Shown here in pieces: positions 15,091-22,536 of a DNA stretch of 26,801 bases. Position numbers and translations under genes: made by a program. Positions within the stretch are counted from its first letter, which is position 1. Each line of letters begins with the position of its first letter. Below the pieces are notes generated by a model, which worked only from the letters and a program-made list of their open reading frames with translations, was not told the origin of the DNA and made no database searches. Source of the stretch: an uncultured virus (IMG/VR IMGVR_UViG_3300021559_000006) (Duplodnaviria; Heunggongvirae; Uroviricota; Caudoviricetes); IMG/VR virus record IMGVR_UViG_3300021559_000006; one strand, 5' to 3'.

Positions 15091-16149
15091 TCAGGCGGCA
15101 GGTTGCCCAGAGCGGCAGGACCAGGGCGAGCAGCCGTCCGGGTCGCCGTCCTCGGCGAGTTCGGTATCGGCGATCTGGTCGAAGATGTTGGTTTGGCGGC
15201 CCTTCCACTCGTGCCAGGTGACGCGGTCGATCGGGGCGTCGGCGAGCGGCAGGCGGGAGGAGTGCAGGTATGCCTCGCCGAGCAAAGGCTTGCCGTTGGC
15301 GTTGCCTCGGGCGTTGCCGCCCCGGATCTGCTGGTCGAAGTCGACGGCGTCGTCCCACTCGGGGGCGCGGAACTTGGGGCAGTTGCAGAGATCGGCGGCG
15401 GCGTCGGGGCCTTCGTGGCGGTTGAGGATGTGGGCGCAGCGGATCGAGCCGTCGAAGTCGGTACGCCAGTGGTCGTCGCGCGGGTGCCCGCAGAAGCAGG
15501 TATCGCGGAGCTGACGCCACTGCCTGTTGCCGTGGAACGGGCAGCCGATGCAGGCGGACTTCGGGGTCGACTCCCAGCCGGAGGCCTTGAGGTAGCGGAT
15601 GCAGTCCTCGCGGGTCCAGCCCATACGCCCGTCAGCTGCTCCGTCGAGGTCCAGGAGCGGGAAGACGTTGCGGGCGTACTGGGTGTCGGAGTCCTTGGCT
15701 CGGCCGATCTCGTCGCGGCTGATCCCGATCCACTGCTCTACGTAGACGCCGCGCGGAACCGGCGTGGGGTGCGGGTAGCCGAGCAGGGCGCGGACCTGCT
15801 TCTTGATGGGCTTGATCTTGTACTCGCTTGAGCATTGACGCCGGGTCATACCGTCGCCGCCGTCCTTGTTCTTCACGAACAGCGGCATCGACGCGAACCT
15901 GTGCGCGGGGTCGAGGGCGTCGACGCGGATGTTCCCGGTCGTGACGCGGTGGATCGGAATCCCGGCGGGCTGGGCAACCTCGGCGTCGATCCGGTCGAGG
16001 TGGGCGTACACCGCGGCGGGTTCCCACTGGGTGTCGGAGAAGATCGCGGCGTCCAGGTGGGGCAACCGGCCCTCGGCTGCGAGCAGCAGCAGGGTTGTGG
16101 ACTGCACGCCCGCACCGAGTGACAGCAGGCGCAGAGTGGGCTCGCTCAT
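15091..16149 (-). CDS. PAPS-reductase-like / adenine nucleotide alpha-hydrolase family phage protein
   Basis: LSLGAGVQST PP-loop variant; IFSDTQWE; RQCSSEYKI; WIGISRDE; FPLLD; PKSACIGCPFH. Confidence 0.8.
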   Translation of the reverse strand: MSEPTLRLLSLGAGVQSTTLLLLAAEGRLPHLDAAIFSDTQWEPAAVYAHLDRIDAEVAQPAGIPIHRVTTGNIRVDALDPAHRFASMPLFVKNKDGGDGMTRRQCSSEYKIKPIKKQVRALLGYPHPTPVPRGVYVEQWIGISRDEIGRAKDSDTQYARNVFPLLDLDGAADGRMGWTREDCIRYLKASGWESTPKSACIGCPFHGNRQWRQLRDTCFCGHPRDDHWRTDFDGSIRCAHILNRHEGPDAAADLCNCPKFRAPEWDDAVDFDQQIRGGNARGNANGKPLLGEAYLHSSRLPLADAPIDRVTWHEWKGRQTNIFDQIADTELAEDGDPDGCSPWSCRSGQPAA

Positions 16150-16406
16150 GAGACACCAACTTCGTAGGTCGTCACGGTCGTGGTGTTGCAGTGCAGGCAC
16201 CGGAACCCGTCCGGCAAGATCTCGGCGGCCTGAATGCCACGGCACACCTGGCAGTCCCAGCGGGGCTCTATCGCCTGCCAATCCGGCGGGATCAACTCCA
16301 CGACCGGCGGCGGAGGGGCGGCGGCGGGCGGGAACAGGCGCGCCCACAAACGCGCCCACAGACGCGACCACCACGGAGCCACAGGCAGCGGCATCGAGGC
16401 GCTCAC
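16146..16406 (-). CDS. Small zinc-ribbon protein (86 aa)
   Basis: CQVC and CLHC motifs; overlaps both neighbours. Confidence 0.7.
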   Translation of the reverse strand: MSASMPLPVAPWWSRLWARLWARLFPPAAAPPPPVVELIPPDWQAIEPRWDCQVCRGIQAAEILPDGFRCLHCNTTTVTTYEVGVS

Positions 16407-16609
16407 GAGGCACCGCCGCGCATGGCGTCGGCGACCGCCAGGGCCGCCTTCACCTCCGCGTCGACACTGACGCCGGCCAGGTCCATCTCGGTCTGCAACG
16501 CCCGCGCATGGAACACAGCCGACGTGGAGCCGGACGTGAGTCCCTCGACGATGTGGTCGACCACGACCCGGCGCATCACAGCCAGCGGATTCTGAGGAGT
16601 GCCAGTCAC
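16403..16609 (-). CDS. Phage hypothetical protein (68 aa)
   Basis: GTGA overlaps on both sides. Confidence 0.7.
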   Translation of the reverse strand: MTGTPQNPLAVMRRVVVDHIVEGLTSGSTSAVFHARALQTEMDLAGVSVDAEVKAALAVADAMRGGAS

Positions 16610-16926
16610 GAGGTCACCCCCGCATCCCAGCCGTCGCCGCTGACGGCGTGCCCCAGCGCGGCCTTCGCCGCGGTGAGGGTCTCGACGAGGGTCACGTTCT
16701 CGCCGTTGGCGGCGGTGACCTTCCCGGCCAGGCGCTCCACGTTCCGCAGATGCACCTCAGCGGTCCGCGCCAACACGGCGACCTGCGTCCGCTCCGCGCC
16801 CAACTGCGCGCGAGTCTCCGTCAACTCGCGCCGGGTGGCCCGCAGCTTCGCCACCACCACGGCGAGCGTGACGGCCAGCCAGACCACCGCCAGCCACAAC
16901 AAGGCGTTCAACAGGTTGGCGTTCAC
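16606..16926 (-). CDS. N-terminal TM plus coiled-coil protein (106 aa)
   Basis: LLNALLWLAVVWLAVTLAVVVA followed by heptads; GTGA overlap. Confidence 0.7.
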   Translation of the reverse strand: MNANLLNALLWLAVVWLAVTLAVVVAKLRATRRELTETRAQLGAERTQVAVLARTAEVHLRNVERLAGKVTAANGENVTLVETLTAAKAALGHAVSGDGWDAGVTS

Positions 16927-17051
16927 GACGCACCGCCTACGGCCGGTGCGCGGAACCGGTACAAGGCGGCCAGGGCGAGCGCCAACAGGCCCAGCAGCGA
17001 CACCCAGCCGACCGCAGCCAACAACGCGACGAGATACGTGGTGACGATCAC
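16923..17051 (-). CDS. 42-aa membrane micro-protein (MIVTTYLVALLAAVGWVSLLGLLALALAALYRFRAPAVGGAS)
   Basis: Manual translation; GTGA overlaps on both sides. Confidence 0.65.
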   Translation of the reverse strand: MIVTTYLVALLAAVGWVSLLGLLALALAALYRFRAPAVGGAS

Positions 17052-17851
17052 GCCGCACCTGCCTCGATGACGAGCTGGTTGCCGTGCTCGAACACGCCAA
17101 TCAGGTCGGCGATCTGGTCGTAGACCTCCTGCAGCAGCGGCCGGTCGTCCTCGCTGTACACCGCGACCTTGTCGATGCGGGAACCGGCAGGGCCGGGGAT
17201 CTTCTCCGGACGGCGGCCGTGGACCTTGAAGTAGCGGTTCGACACGCGCAGCCCGAACCCGGACTGGAACTCCCGCACCGTGCGGGCGGAGTGGCCCTGC
17301 TCGGCGAGGAACGTCGCCGCATACAGCGGCGTCTCCGCCGCCTCCAACTCGGGGCGCTCACCCATTGACCGGGCGACGATGATTTTGCTGGTCGCCGTCG
17401 CGTACGGCACCGGCAACGCGCCGGCCTGCACTAGCACCGCCACGATCTGCGCCTGCTCCAGATACGACACCGGACCTGCCGCGGCGATCGCCTTCGGCTC
17501 ATCGGCTGGGGCCACCATGTAGGTGCCGTGCTTCCGCAGCGCCGGCAGGACTTCGTGGGTGACCCAGCGCTTGAACGTCTTCGCTTCCTTCTTACGAGAG
17601 CGGAACGTCAGCGAGTACAGGCCCGGCTCGTTGACCGTGACCATCTGCTGCGGGCCACCGGGGGTCTCAACAATGCTTAGACCCTTCTCGTCCTCATCGA
17701 GGCCAGCCACGGCGGTGGTCGGGTTGGTGTGGTGGAGCACGGCGCACACGTCGGCCGCAACCCACCAGGGCTCGTCGTCGATCAGGAGGGTGCGGATCTC
17801 GGCACCTTCGAACGCGAACACCTGCAGCGCGGCGGATGGGATGATGGACAT
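17048..17851 (-). CDS. BRO-N domain antirepressor-like protein
   Basis: FEGAEIR...EPWWVAADVCAVL...TPGGPQQM..VNEPGLYSL.FRSRK.EAK.FKRWVTHEVLP.LRKHGTY; AAGGAG RBS. Confidence 0.92.
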   Translation of the reverse strand: MSIIPSAALQVFAFEGAEIRTLLIDDEPWWVAADVCAVLHHTNPTTAVAGLDEDEKGLSIVETPGGPQQMVTVNEPGLYSLTFRSRKKEAKTFKRWVTHEVLPALRKHGTYMVAPADEPKAIAAAGPVSYLEQAQIVAVLVQAGALPVPYATATSKIIVARSMGERPELEAAETPLYAATFLAEQGHSARTVREFQSGFGLRVSNRYFKVHGRRPEKIPGPAGSRIDKVAVYSEDDRPLLQEVYDQIADLIGVFEHGNQLVIEAGAA

Positions 17852-17884
17852 GTGATCTCCTTCGTCGGTAGATCCGGTTCGGAT

Positions 17885-17909
17885 GGGGCCGCCCACTGCG
17901 GGCGGCCCC
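17885..17909. terminator. Intergenic GC hairpin (terminator or processing site)
   Basis: ggggccgccc-actgc-gggcggcccc. Confidence 0.6.
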
Positions 17910-17920
17910 GTTTGCGTCTC

Positions 17921-18448
17921 TCAGGCCGCAGGCGGAAGTTCCGGCGCGCTGATCCCCGGTACCGCGAGGCGGCCAGTCCGCCAGGCCTCAGCGATCGCGT
18001 CGCGGCCGGCCTTCTCGAACGTCATCCGCTGATGCGAGGCGCGACCCTGCATCTCCACGCCCGGCACCTCGTGCAGTTCGCCGGTCTCCTTGTCGCACCA
18101 GCGCGCCACCCCAGCGGCGGTCATCTCCTTCAGGAGCGCCTCGACGAACGCGGGCCGGGCCTCGACGATCAGCTGGCTGTGGACCTGCGCTGGGTGGAAC
18201 TCGCGCACCCATGCCAGGAACGCCTCGTTGTCCTTGACCTTCGCGACCGGGCTCGGAGAGACGAGCGTGACCTTCGCGACGAGAGTCCCGTCGGGGAGTT
18301 CCGCGCCGACCTGCCGCGTGCCCGTCAGCTTCGCGGCATCCGCGAGCCCGGCCTTGACCTCGGCCTGGACGGCCTGCAGCTCTTCTCCGATGGCGTCGTG
18401 CAGGGCGGCGAGCATGGCCGCCCGTGCGGCGGCATCCTTCAAGCTCAC
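17921..18448 (-). CDS. Phage protein, possibly Gam-like, associated with the recombination module (175 aa)
   Basis: Helical N-terminus, VKDNEAFLAWV and DKETGE..VPGV motifs; coupled to the Sak4-like gene. Confidence 0.65.
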   Translation of the reverse strand: MSLKDAAARAAMLAALHDAIGEELQAVQAEVKAGLADAAKLTGTRQVGAELPDGTLVAKVTLVSPSPVAKVKDNEAFLAWVREFHPAQVHSQLIVEARPAFVEALLKEMTAAGVARWCDKETGELHEVPGVEMQGRASHQRMTFEKAGRDAIAEAWRTGRLAVPGISAPELPPAA

Positions 18449-19632
18449 GCCGCACCCCGCAGCGTCTCCGTCATGGCCTTCAGGTTGGCGACGGTCCCCG
18501 CGTCGACAGGCGTCCCATACGCGCGCTGGAAGCCCTCCTCCAAGGCGGCGTCCGTCAACTTCGCCCGGGCGGCGGCGGCACGTAGCGCCTTGACGGCGTC
18601 GGCCTGCTCGTCGCGAACGGCCTGCAGTGGCGGCGCGGGGGTCTCCCACGGCCCGGGGTCCGCCCGCTGGGAACGCACGACGCCGCGAGTCGGCTCCGGC
18701 GGTGCAGCGGCCGCCGCCGAAGCCGACCCTTGAGCAGCCGCGGCACGAAGGCCCTTGCCGCGGCTGAGAAGGTACGCTCCGACGGCCGTCGCCTCACCGG
18801 TGTCCGGGTGGAGCAGCGCCGACCCGAGCAGGCCGCGCGCCTCGATCTCCCGATACAGGGACTGCGCGCTCTCCAGGGTCAGATCCGCCGCGACGGCACG
18901 GTCAATGTAGGTGGCGGCATCCACCACGGGCGTCCCGCCGGACAGCCACTCCAGGATCGTCGTGGCCAACTGCTCGCCCGGGTGACGGATCACGGCACCG
19001 GCGAGATCGGAGCACCGGCTCTTGCTGATGATCAGGGAGTTCTCGGCGTCCATGTCGCCGACGATGTCGAACTCGTACTCGATACCGTCGCGCTGCTCCG
19101 GCTTCATGCCGATCTTCCGGGGCGTTTTGCGGCCCCGCTCGTTCTCCTCGATGACGTACTCGGTCTTGCTGCGCATCGTCACGATGACGTGCCCCGGGTA
19201 GGCGAGGAGCGCCTCGACGAGCTGGCGCTCCATCGGGCGGGCGTCCTTCCACCCCGCGAACGAGTTCCCGCCGTAGCGCTTCGCGGCATTGTCGGCCTGC
19301 TCCAGCATGCCGCCGACGCCGGACCAGAAGTGCGACAGCGAATCGACGATGACCACGGGGTACCTGGCCTGCCCTGCGGCGGCCAGGGAGGCAACCAGGT
19401 TCTGGGGGGCGAAGTTGGTGAGGTTCAGGGCGTCGAAGACGAAGCCCTTGCCGTCGGCGCCGACGGCATACTTCGAGGCCGAGCCGTGCTCGGTATCGAT
19501 CACGGCCATGCGATCCCCGAGGACCTTGCCCAGGGACAGGGCGGTGAAGGTCTTGCCGGATCCGGACGGCCCCGCGAGGGCGATGCGGGCCTTGGACTGC
19601 TCTCGTGTGGCTGGTGCGAAGGTGAAGTTCAT
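18445..19632 (-). CDS. AAA-domain (AAA_24) ATPase, Sak4-like recombination protein
   Basis: Walker A GPSGSGKT; IDTEHGSA; Walker B VIVDSLSHFW; HVIVTMRSK; EYEFD. Confidence 0.88.
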   Translation of the reverse strand: MNFTFAPATREQSKARIALAGPSGSGKTFTALSLGKVLGDRMAVIDTEHGSASKYAVGADGKGFVFDALNLTNFAPQNLVASLAAAGQARYPVVIVDSLSHFWSGVGGMLEQADNAAKRYGGNSFAGWKDARPMERQLVEALLAYPGHVIVTMRSKTEYVIEENERGRKTPRKIGMKPEQRDGIEYEFDIVGDMDAENSLIISKSRCSDLAGAVIRHPGEQLATTILEWLSGGTPVVDAATYIDRAVAADLTLESAQSLYREIEARGLLGSALLHPDTGEATAVGAYLLSRGKGLRAAAAQGSASAAAAAPPEPTRGVVRSQRADPGPWETPAPPLQAVRDEQADAVKALRAAAARAKLTDAALEEGFQRAYGTPVDAGTVANLKAMTETLRGAA

Positions 19633-19862
19633 GGTGCGTCCCCCTGGACGGTTGGTGCGGAGTTGGTGACGTCGGCGTTCATGGCCGGGAGGTTGGGGTA
19701 CTGGTCGCGCAGTCCGGCGGCGGTGGCCTCTGCGGCGGCGCGGCTGGGGTAGGCGGCGGTGGAGCGGCGCTTGCCGTTGAGGCGGTAGCGCACCCGCCAG
19801 GCGCCCTTGGCGGTCGGCATGACCCGAACCCTGGTGAGGCGCGGCAGCGTCGGGGCGGTCAC
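19629..19862 (-). CDS. Small AP2/arm-type DNA-binding-like protein (77 aa)
   Basis: GAWRVRYRLNGKRRSTAAYPSRAAAE three-strand-plus-helix pattern; overlaps on both sides. Confidence 0.65.
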   Translation of the reverse strand: MTAPTLPRLTRVRVMPTAKGAWRVRYRLNGKRRSTAAYPSRAAAEATAAGLRDQYPNLPAMNADVTNSAPTVQGDAP

Positions 19863-20071
19863 TCGGCACCGCCCGTCACGTCCACGTGGGTGAGCGCGAT
19901 ACCGCCCGCGTAGCCCTCGACCGTCACCACGGGCGTGTGGTCGCCGAGCGTCCACGCCGGGGTACGCGTCACCGTGACCAGCCCCGGATGATCAGGGCAG
20001 CCACGCATGCACGGGAAGGCCACGACCGGCGTGCCGACCGGATGCAGGCGGTTGAACTCTTCGGCGGTCAT
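19859..20071 (-). CDS. Phage hypothetical protein (70 aa, MTAEEFNRLHPVGTPV...)
   Basis: ATGA overlap; GAGG RBS. Confidence 0.75.
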   Translation of the reverse strand: MTAEEFNRLHPVGTPVVAFPCMRGCPDHPGLVTVTRTPAWTLGDHTPVVTVEGYAGGIALTHVDVTGGAE

Positions 20072-20442
20072 GCCGCCTCGCTCTCGGGCTCGTAGTTGTC
20101 GGCGGCCAGCTCGGCCGCGGCGCACACCTGGCAGCGGCCACCGACCAGCTGCGGGCGCACCTCGCAGTCCGTGCACACCGGGCCGGCCAGCACGGCCGAC
20201 GCCCGGTACTCCGCCAGGGACTCGGCAGCGTCGGCGTCCGACCAGAACGCCGGGTGCAACTCCGAACCGCCGCAATGCCGCAGGTCCGCGGTCGCCTCCG
20301 GGTGGCCGGCGTAGAAGATGCACACCAACGGACCCACGTGCACGGAGTCCTCAGGCGTGTAGTAGGTCGACAAGCACAGCGCAGGCTCGTCATCGGCGAG
20401 GAGCGGCGCCAGGGCGGGGGACCAGAAGTCGAGGACGCTCAT
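20068..20442 (-). CDS. Cys/His-rich phage protein (124 aa)
   Basis: ATGA overlap; CTDC and CQVC motifs. Confidence 0.7.
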   Translation of the reverse strand: MSVLDFWSPALAPLLADDEPALCLSTYYTPEDSVHVGPLVCIFYAGHPEATADLRHCGGSELHPAFWSDADAAESLAEYRASAVLAGPVCTDCEVRPQLVGGRCQVCAAAELAADNYEPESEAA

Positions 20443-20618
20443 CGCCGCACCGCCGCGAGGTCCGCCGTCGGAACCTTCTCCGCCGCCAGCCGATTCCGCA
20501 GATAGTCCTGCAACGGGCTGCTCCTCGGCAGGTGCGTCAACTCCTCCTGCACCAACAGCCGATCCAACGGCTCCAACGTGGGTACGACCGTGCCACCCGG
20601 GCACAGGCGGGCGCTCAC
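20439..20618 (-). CDS. Phage hypothetical protein (59 aa)
   Basis: GTGA/ATGA overlaps. Confidence 0.6.
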   Translation of the reverse strand: MSARLCPGGTVVPTLEPLDRLLVQEELTHLPRSSPLQDYLRNRLAAEKVPTADLAAVRR

Positions 20619-20899
20619 GCCGCGACCCGCGCCGTCTGGAGGTGGTACATGCCAGCGAGGGACACCTTGACGTCGTGCCACGTCGTGAACAACTGCTCGC
20701 CGAACTCCGTCGGCAACAGGTAGTCCGCGCCGAGGACCGCGACGTGGGCGTGGAACGCGACGGCGGTACGCACCGTCCCGGACAGGTAGCCGTCCGGGCC
20801 GAGAGTCCAGCGCGCCGGAGGCAGTTCGGGGTGCTCGGTACGCAGCGCGACGAGGGCCATCGCTGGGCCGAGCTGAGGGTCGGTAAGCTGAAGAGGCAT
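20615..20899 (-). CDS. Phage hypothetical protein (94 aa)
   Basis: GAAGGAGAG RBS before ATG 20899. Confidence 0.7.
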   Translation of the reverse strand: MPLQLTDPQLGPAMALVALRTEHPELPPARWTLGPDGYLSGTVRTAVAFHAHVAVLGADYLLPTEFGEQLFTTWHDVKVSLAGMYHLQTARVAA

Positions 20900-20984
20900 T
20901 AGCCCTCTCCTTCGGTTGGATCGTGTGGTGGGCTGTGCTAGGCCGTGTGCTCCGGGTGCCACCGGGGCCGCGGCCGTCGTGCTG

Positions 20985-21146
20985 TCAGGCGGCTTCGCTG
21001 GCCTGCCCGTGCTGCTCGGGTTCGGCGAAGACGCGCTGCAGGAGCGCGAGTTGCGCGGCGGTGGGCGGTGGGGCTTCGGCTCCGATGCGTTCCGCTTCGG
21101 CGAGGGATTCCGGGCCGAGGATCGCCAGGCGCTCGTCACGGGTCAT
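20985..21146 (-). CDS. 53-aa protein, candidate recombination directionality factor (phiRv1 Xis-like)
   Basis: GGAGG RBS; ATGA overlap with the Cro-like gene; AEAPPPTAAQLALLQRVF motif. Confidence 0.65.
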   Translation of the reverse strand: MTRDERLAILGPESLAEAERIGAEAPPPTAAQLALLQRVFAEPEQHGQASEAA

Positions 21147-21430
21147 GCGCTGATCGCCTCCACTCGGGGGCGGTCGGCGATCGCGCCGGTTAGGGGGGCG
21201 AAGAGGATGAGCACGCCGACGCCGATGCGGTCGGCGATGGCTTGCGCGATCTCGGCGTTGACGTTCGGACGGAACCCGGAGAGCAGGTGGCCGATGGTGC
21301 TGTGGGAGCATCCGGCGGCCTCGGCGAGGCTGCGGGTGCTGACCTTCGATCCGTCGTAGGTGCGGTCCATCAGGGTCCGCAGGAGTTCGCGGTTGACGAG
21401 CCGGTAGGCGGGAGGGGCAGGGGCGCTCAT
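21143..21430 (-). CDS. XRE-family HTH protein, Cro-like first lytic gene
   Basis: STRSLAEAAGCSHSTIGHLLSG...AQAIADRIGV; GGAGGT RBS. Confidence 0.9.
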   Translation of the reverse strand: MSAPAPPAYRLVNRELLRTLMDRTYDGSKVSTRSLAEAAGCSHSTIGHLLSGFRPNVNAEIAQAIADRIGVGVLILFAPLTGAIADRPRVEAISA

Positions 21431-21485
21431 GTTCACCTCCAAGATCAGAGTGTTGTTTTCCGTGAACAAGAACAGCATCGCATGA

Positions 21486-21657
21486 CCGTAGACGCCCTGT
21501 CTACGGAAATGAACAATCGGCGCATCGAGATCGGGCCATTGACCCCGCGCGCCCTAGCGCGGAACGTCTATCGCAGTGGACACTTTGTTCAGTTTTCTGA
21601 ACATGTCAGGCGTCTGAGCAGGCGGCGAAGCGGTAGGGACTGCTGAGACGGGTAGAC
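21486..21657. promoter_or_regulatory. Immunity operator region, consensus GTAGAC-N5-GTCTAC
   Basis: Perfect ccgtagac-gccct-gtctacgg 21486-21506; degenerate gtggac-acttt-gttcag 21576-21592; half-site gtagac 21652-21657. Confidence 0.65.
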
Positions 21658-21699
21658 ATTGCCTTTGCATACATGCACAGGAGCGGCAGGATGTGCCTC

Positions 21700-22125
21700 A
21701 TGGTGGAGCAAGTAGTACGCGCAGACCTCAGCGATCTCGTGCGCAACCGGCGCGAGGAGTTGCGACTCAGCCTGCGCGAACTCGCCGTCGCCTGCGTCGA
21801 CCCGGACACCGGGCTGCAGCCCTTCAAGTTCGGGTGGATCAGCAAACTCGAGCAGAACAAGCCCGACCTCGACGTACCGAAACAGCCGCAGCTACGCGCG
21901 CTGGCCGTCGGCCTGCGTCTACCCGTAGACGTGATCAAGGAAGCGGCCGGGGCGCAGTTCATGGGCATCGAGCCGCCCGGGATCTGGTCGGAGAGTCGCG
22001 AGGCCCGCATCATGGTCGCCCGAATGGATGAACTCACCCCCGAGGCGCGCAAAGCCCTGGCCGACATGGTCGAAGCGTTCGCCCGAGGCAACCCGACCCC
22101 CACTACCGAATCTGACCACCAGTAG
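21700..22125 (+). CDS. XRE-family immunity repressor (start could be 21673 or 21691)
   Basis: LSDLVRNRREELRLSLRELA...WISKLEQ...QLRALAVGLRLP...EAAGAQF; divergent from the Cro-like gene. Confidence 0.88.
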   Translation: MVEQVVRADLSDLVRNRREELRLSLRELAVACVDPDTGLQPFKFGWISKLEQNKPDLDVPKQPQLRALAVGLRLPVDVIKEAAGAQFMGIEPPGIWSESREARIMVARMDELTPEARKALADMVEAFARGNPTPTTESDHQ

Positions 22126-22266
22126 TACTTTTGCGTAGCGGACTAGCCACAGCCTGTCCAAGCGGGCAACATTAGGCGTCCGCCGTGGGGGCGTTCTCTT
22201 CACGGCTCCTTCACGCCTGCGATACAGGGGCGCCACCGGAGCCGAGTACAAGTCCGGGGTGGATCC

Positions 22267-22494
22267 ATGCCAGTCGTCCGTACCGCGTTCGCTCCCGCCC
22301 TCCCAGACGGCCGATTCTTCACCATGCTGGAGCGACGCGGCGAGGTCGTCCTCACGTTCGTCGAAGGCGAGATCTCCCCGCGAGCCGCCCGCGAGATGAC
22401 CGAAACCTTCCAGGCCTGCCTCGACTCCGAAGCGTGGACGCAGAACTGGGCCGACCCCGGGCAGCCAGGGTCGGCCCATTCGCGCGCCAGCTAG
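22267..22494 (+). CDS. Hypothetical protein downstream of the repressor (75 aa)
   Basis: Good codon bias; GGGGTGG purine tract upstream. Confidence 0.7.
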   Translation: MPVVRTAFAPALPDGRFFTMLERRGEVVLTFVEGEISPRAAREMTETFQACLDSEAWTQNWADPGQPGSAHSRAS

Positions 22495-22503
22495 GCAACC
22501 GCA

Positions 22504-22533
22504 GCGGGCCGGGGCAACACGCCCCGGCGCCGC
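22504..22533. terminator. Hairpin between convergent genes (probable bidirectional terminator)
   Basis: gcgg-gccggggc-aacac-gccccggc-g-ccgc. Confidence 0.6.
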
Positions 22534-22536
22534 ACC

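Noticed and set aside
8401..16149. DGQHR protein plus PAPS-reductase-like protein as a Dnd phosphorothioation system (DndB/DndC)
   Set aside because: The genes are ~6 kb apart, there is no DndD ATPase, DndE or cysteine desulfurase, and both families occur separately in phages
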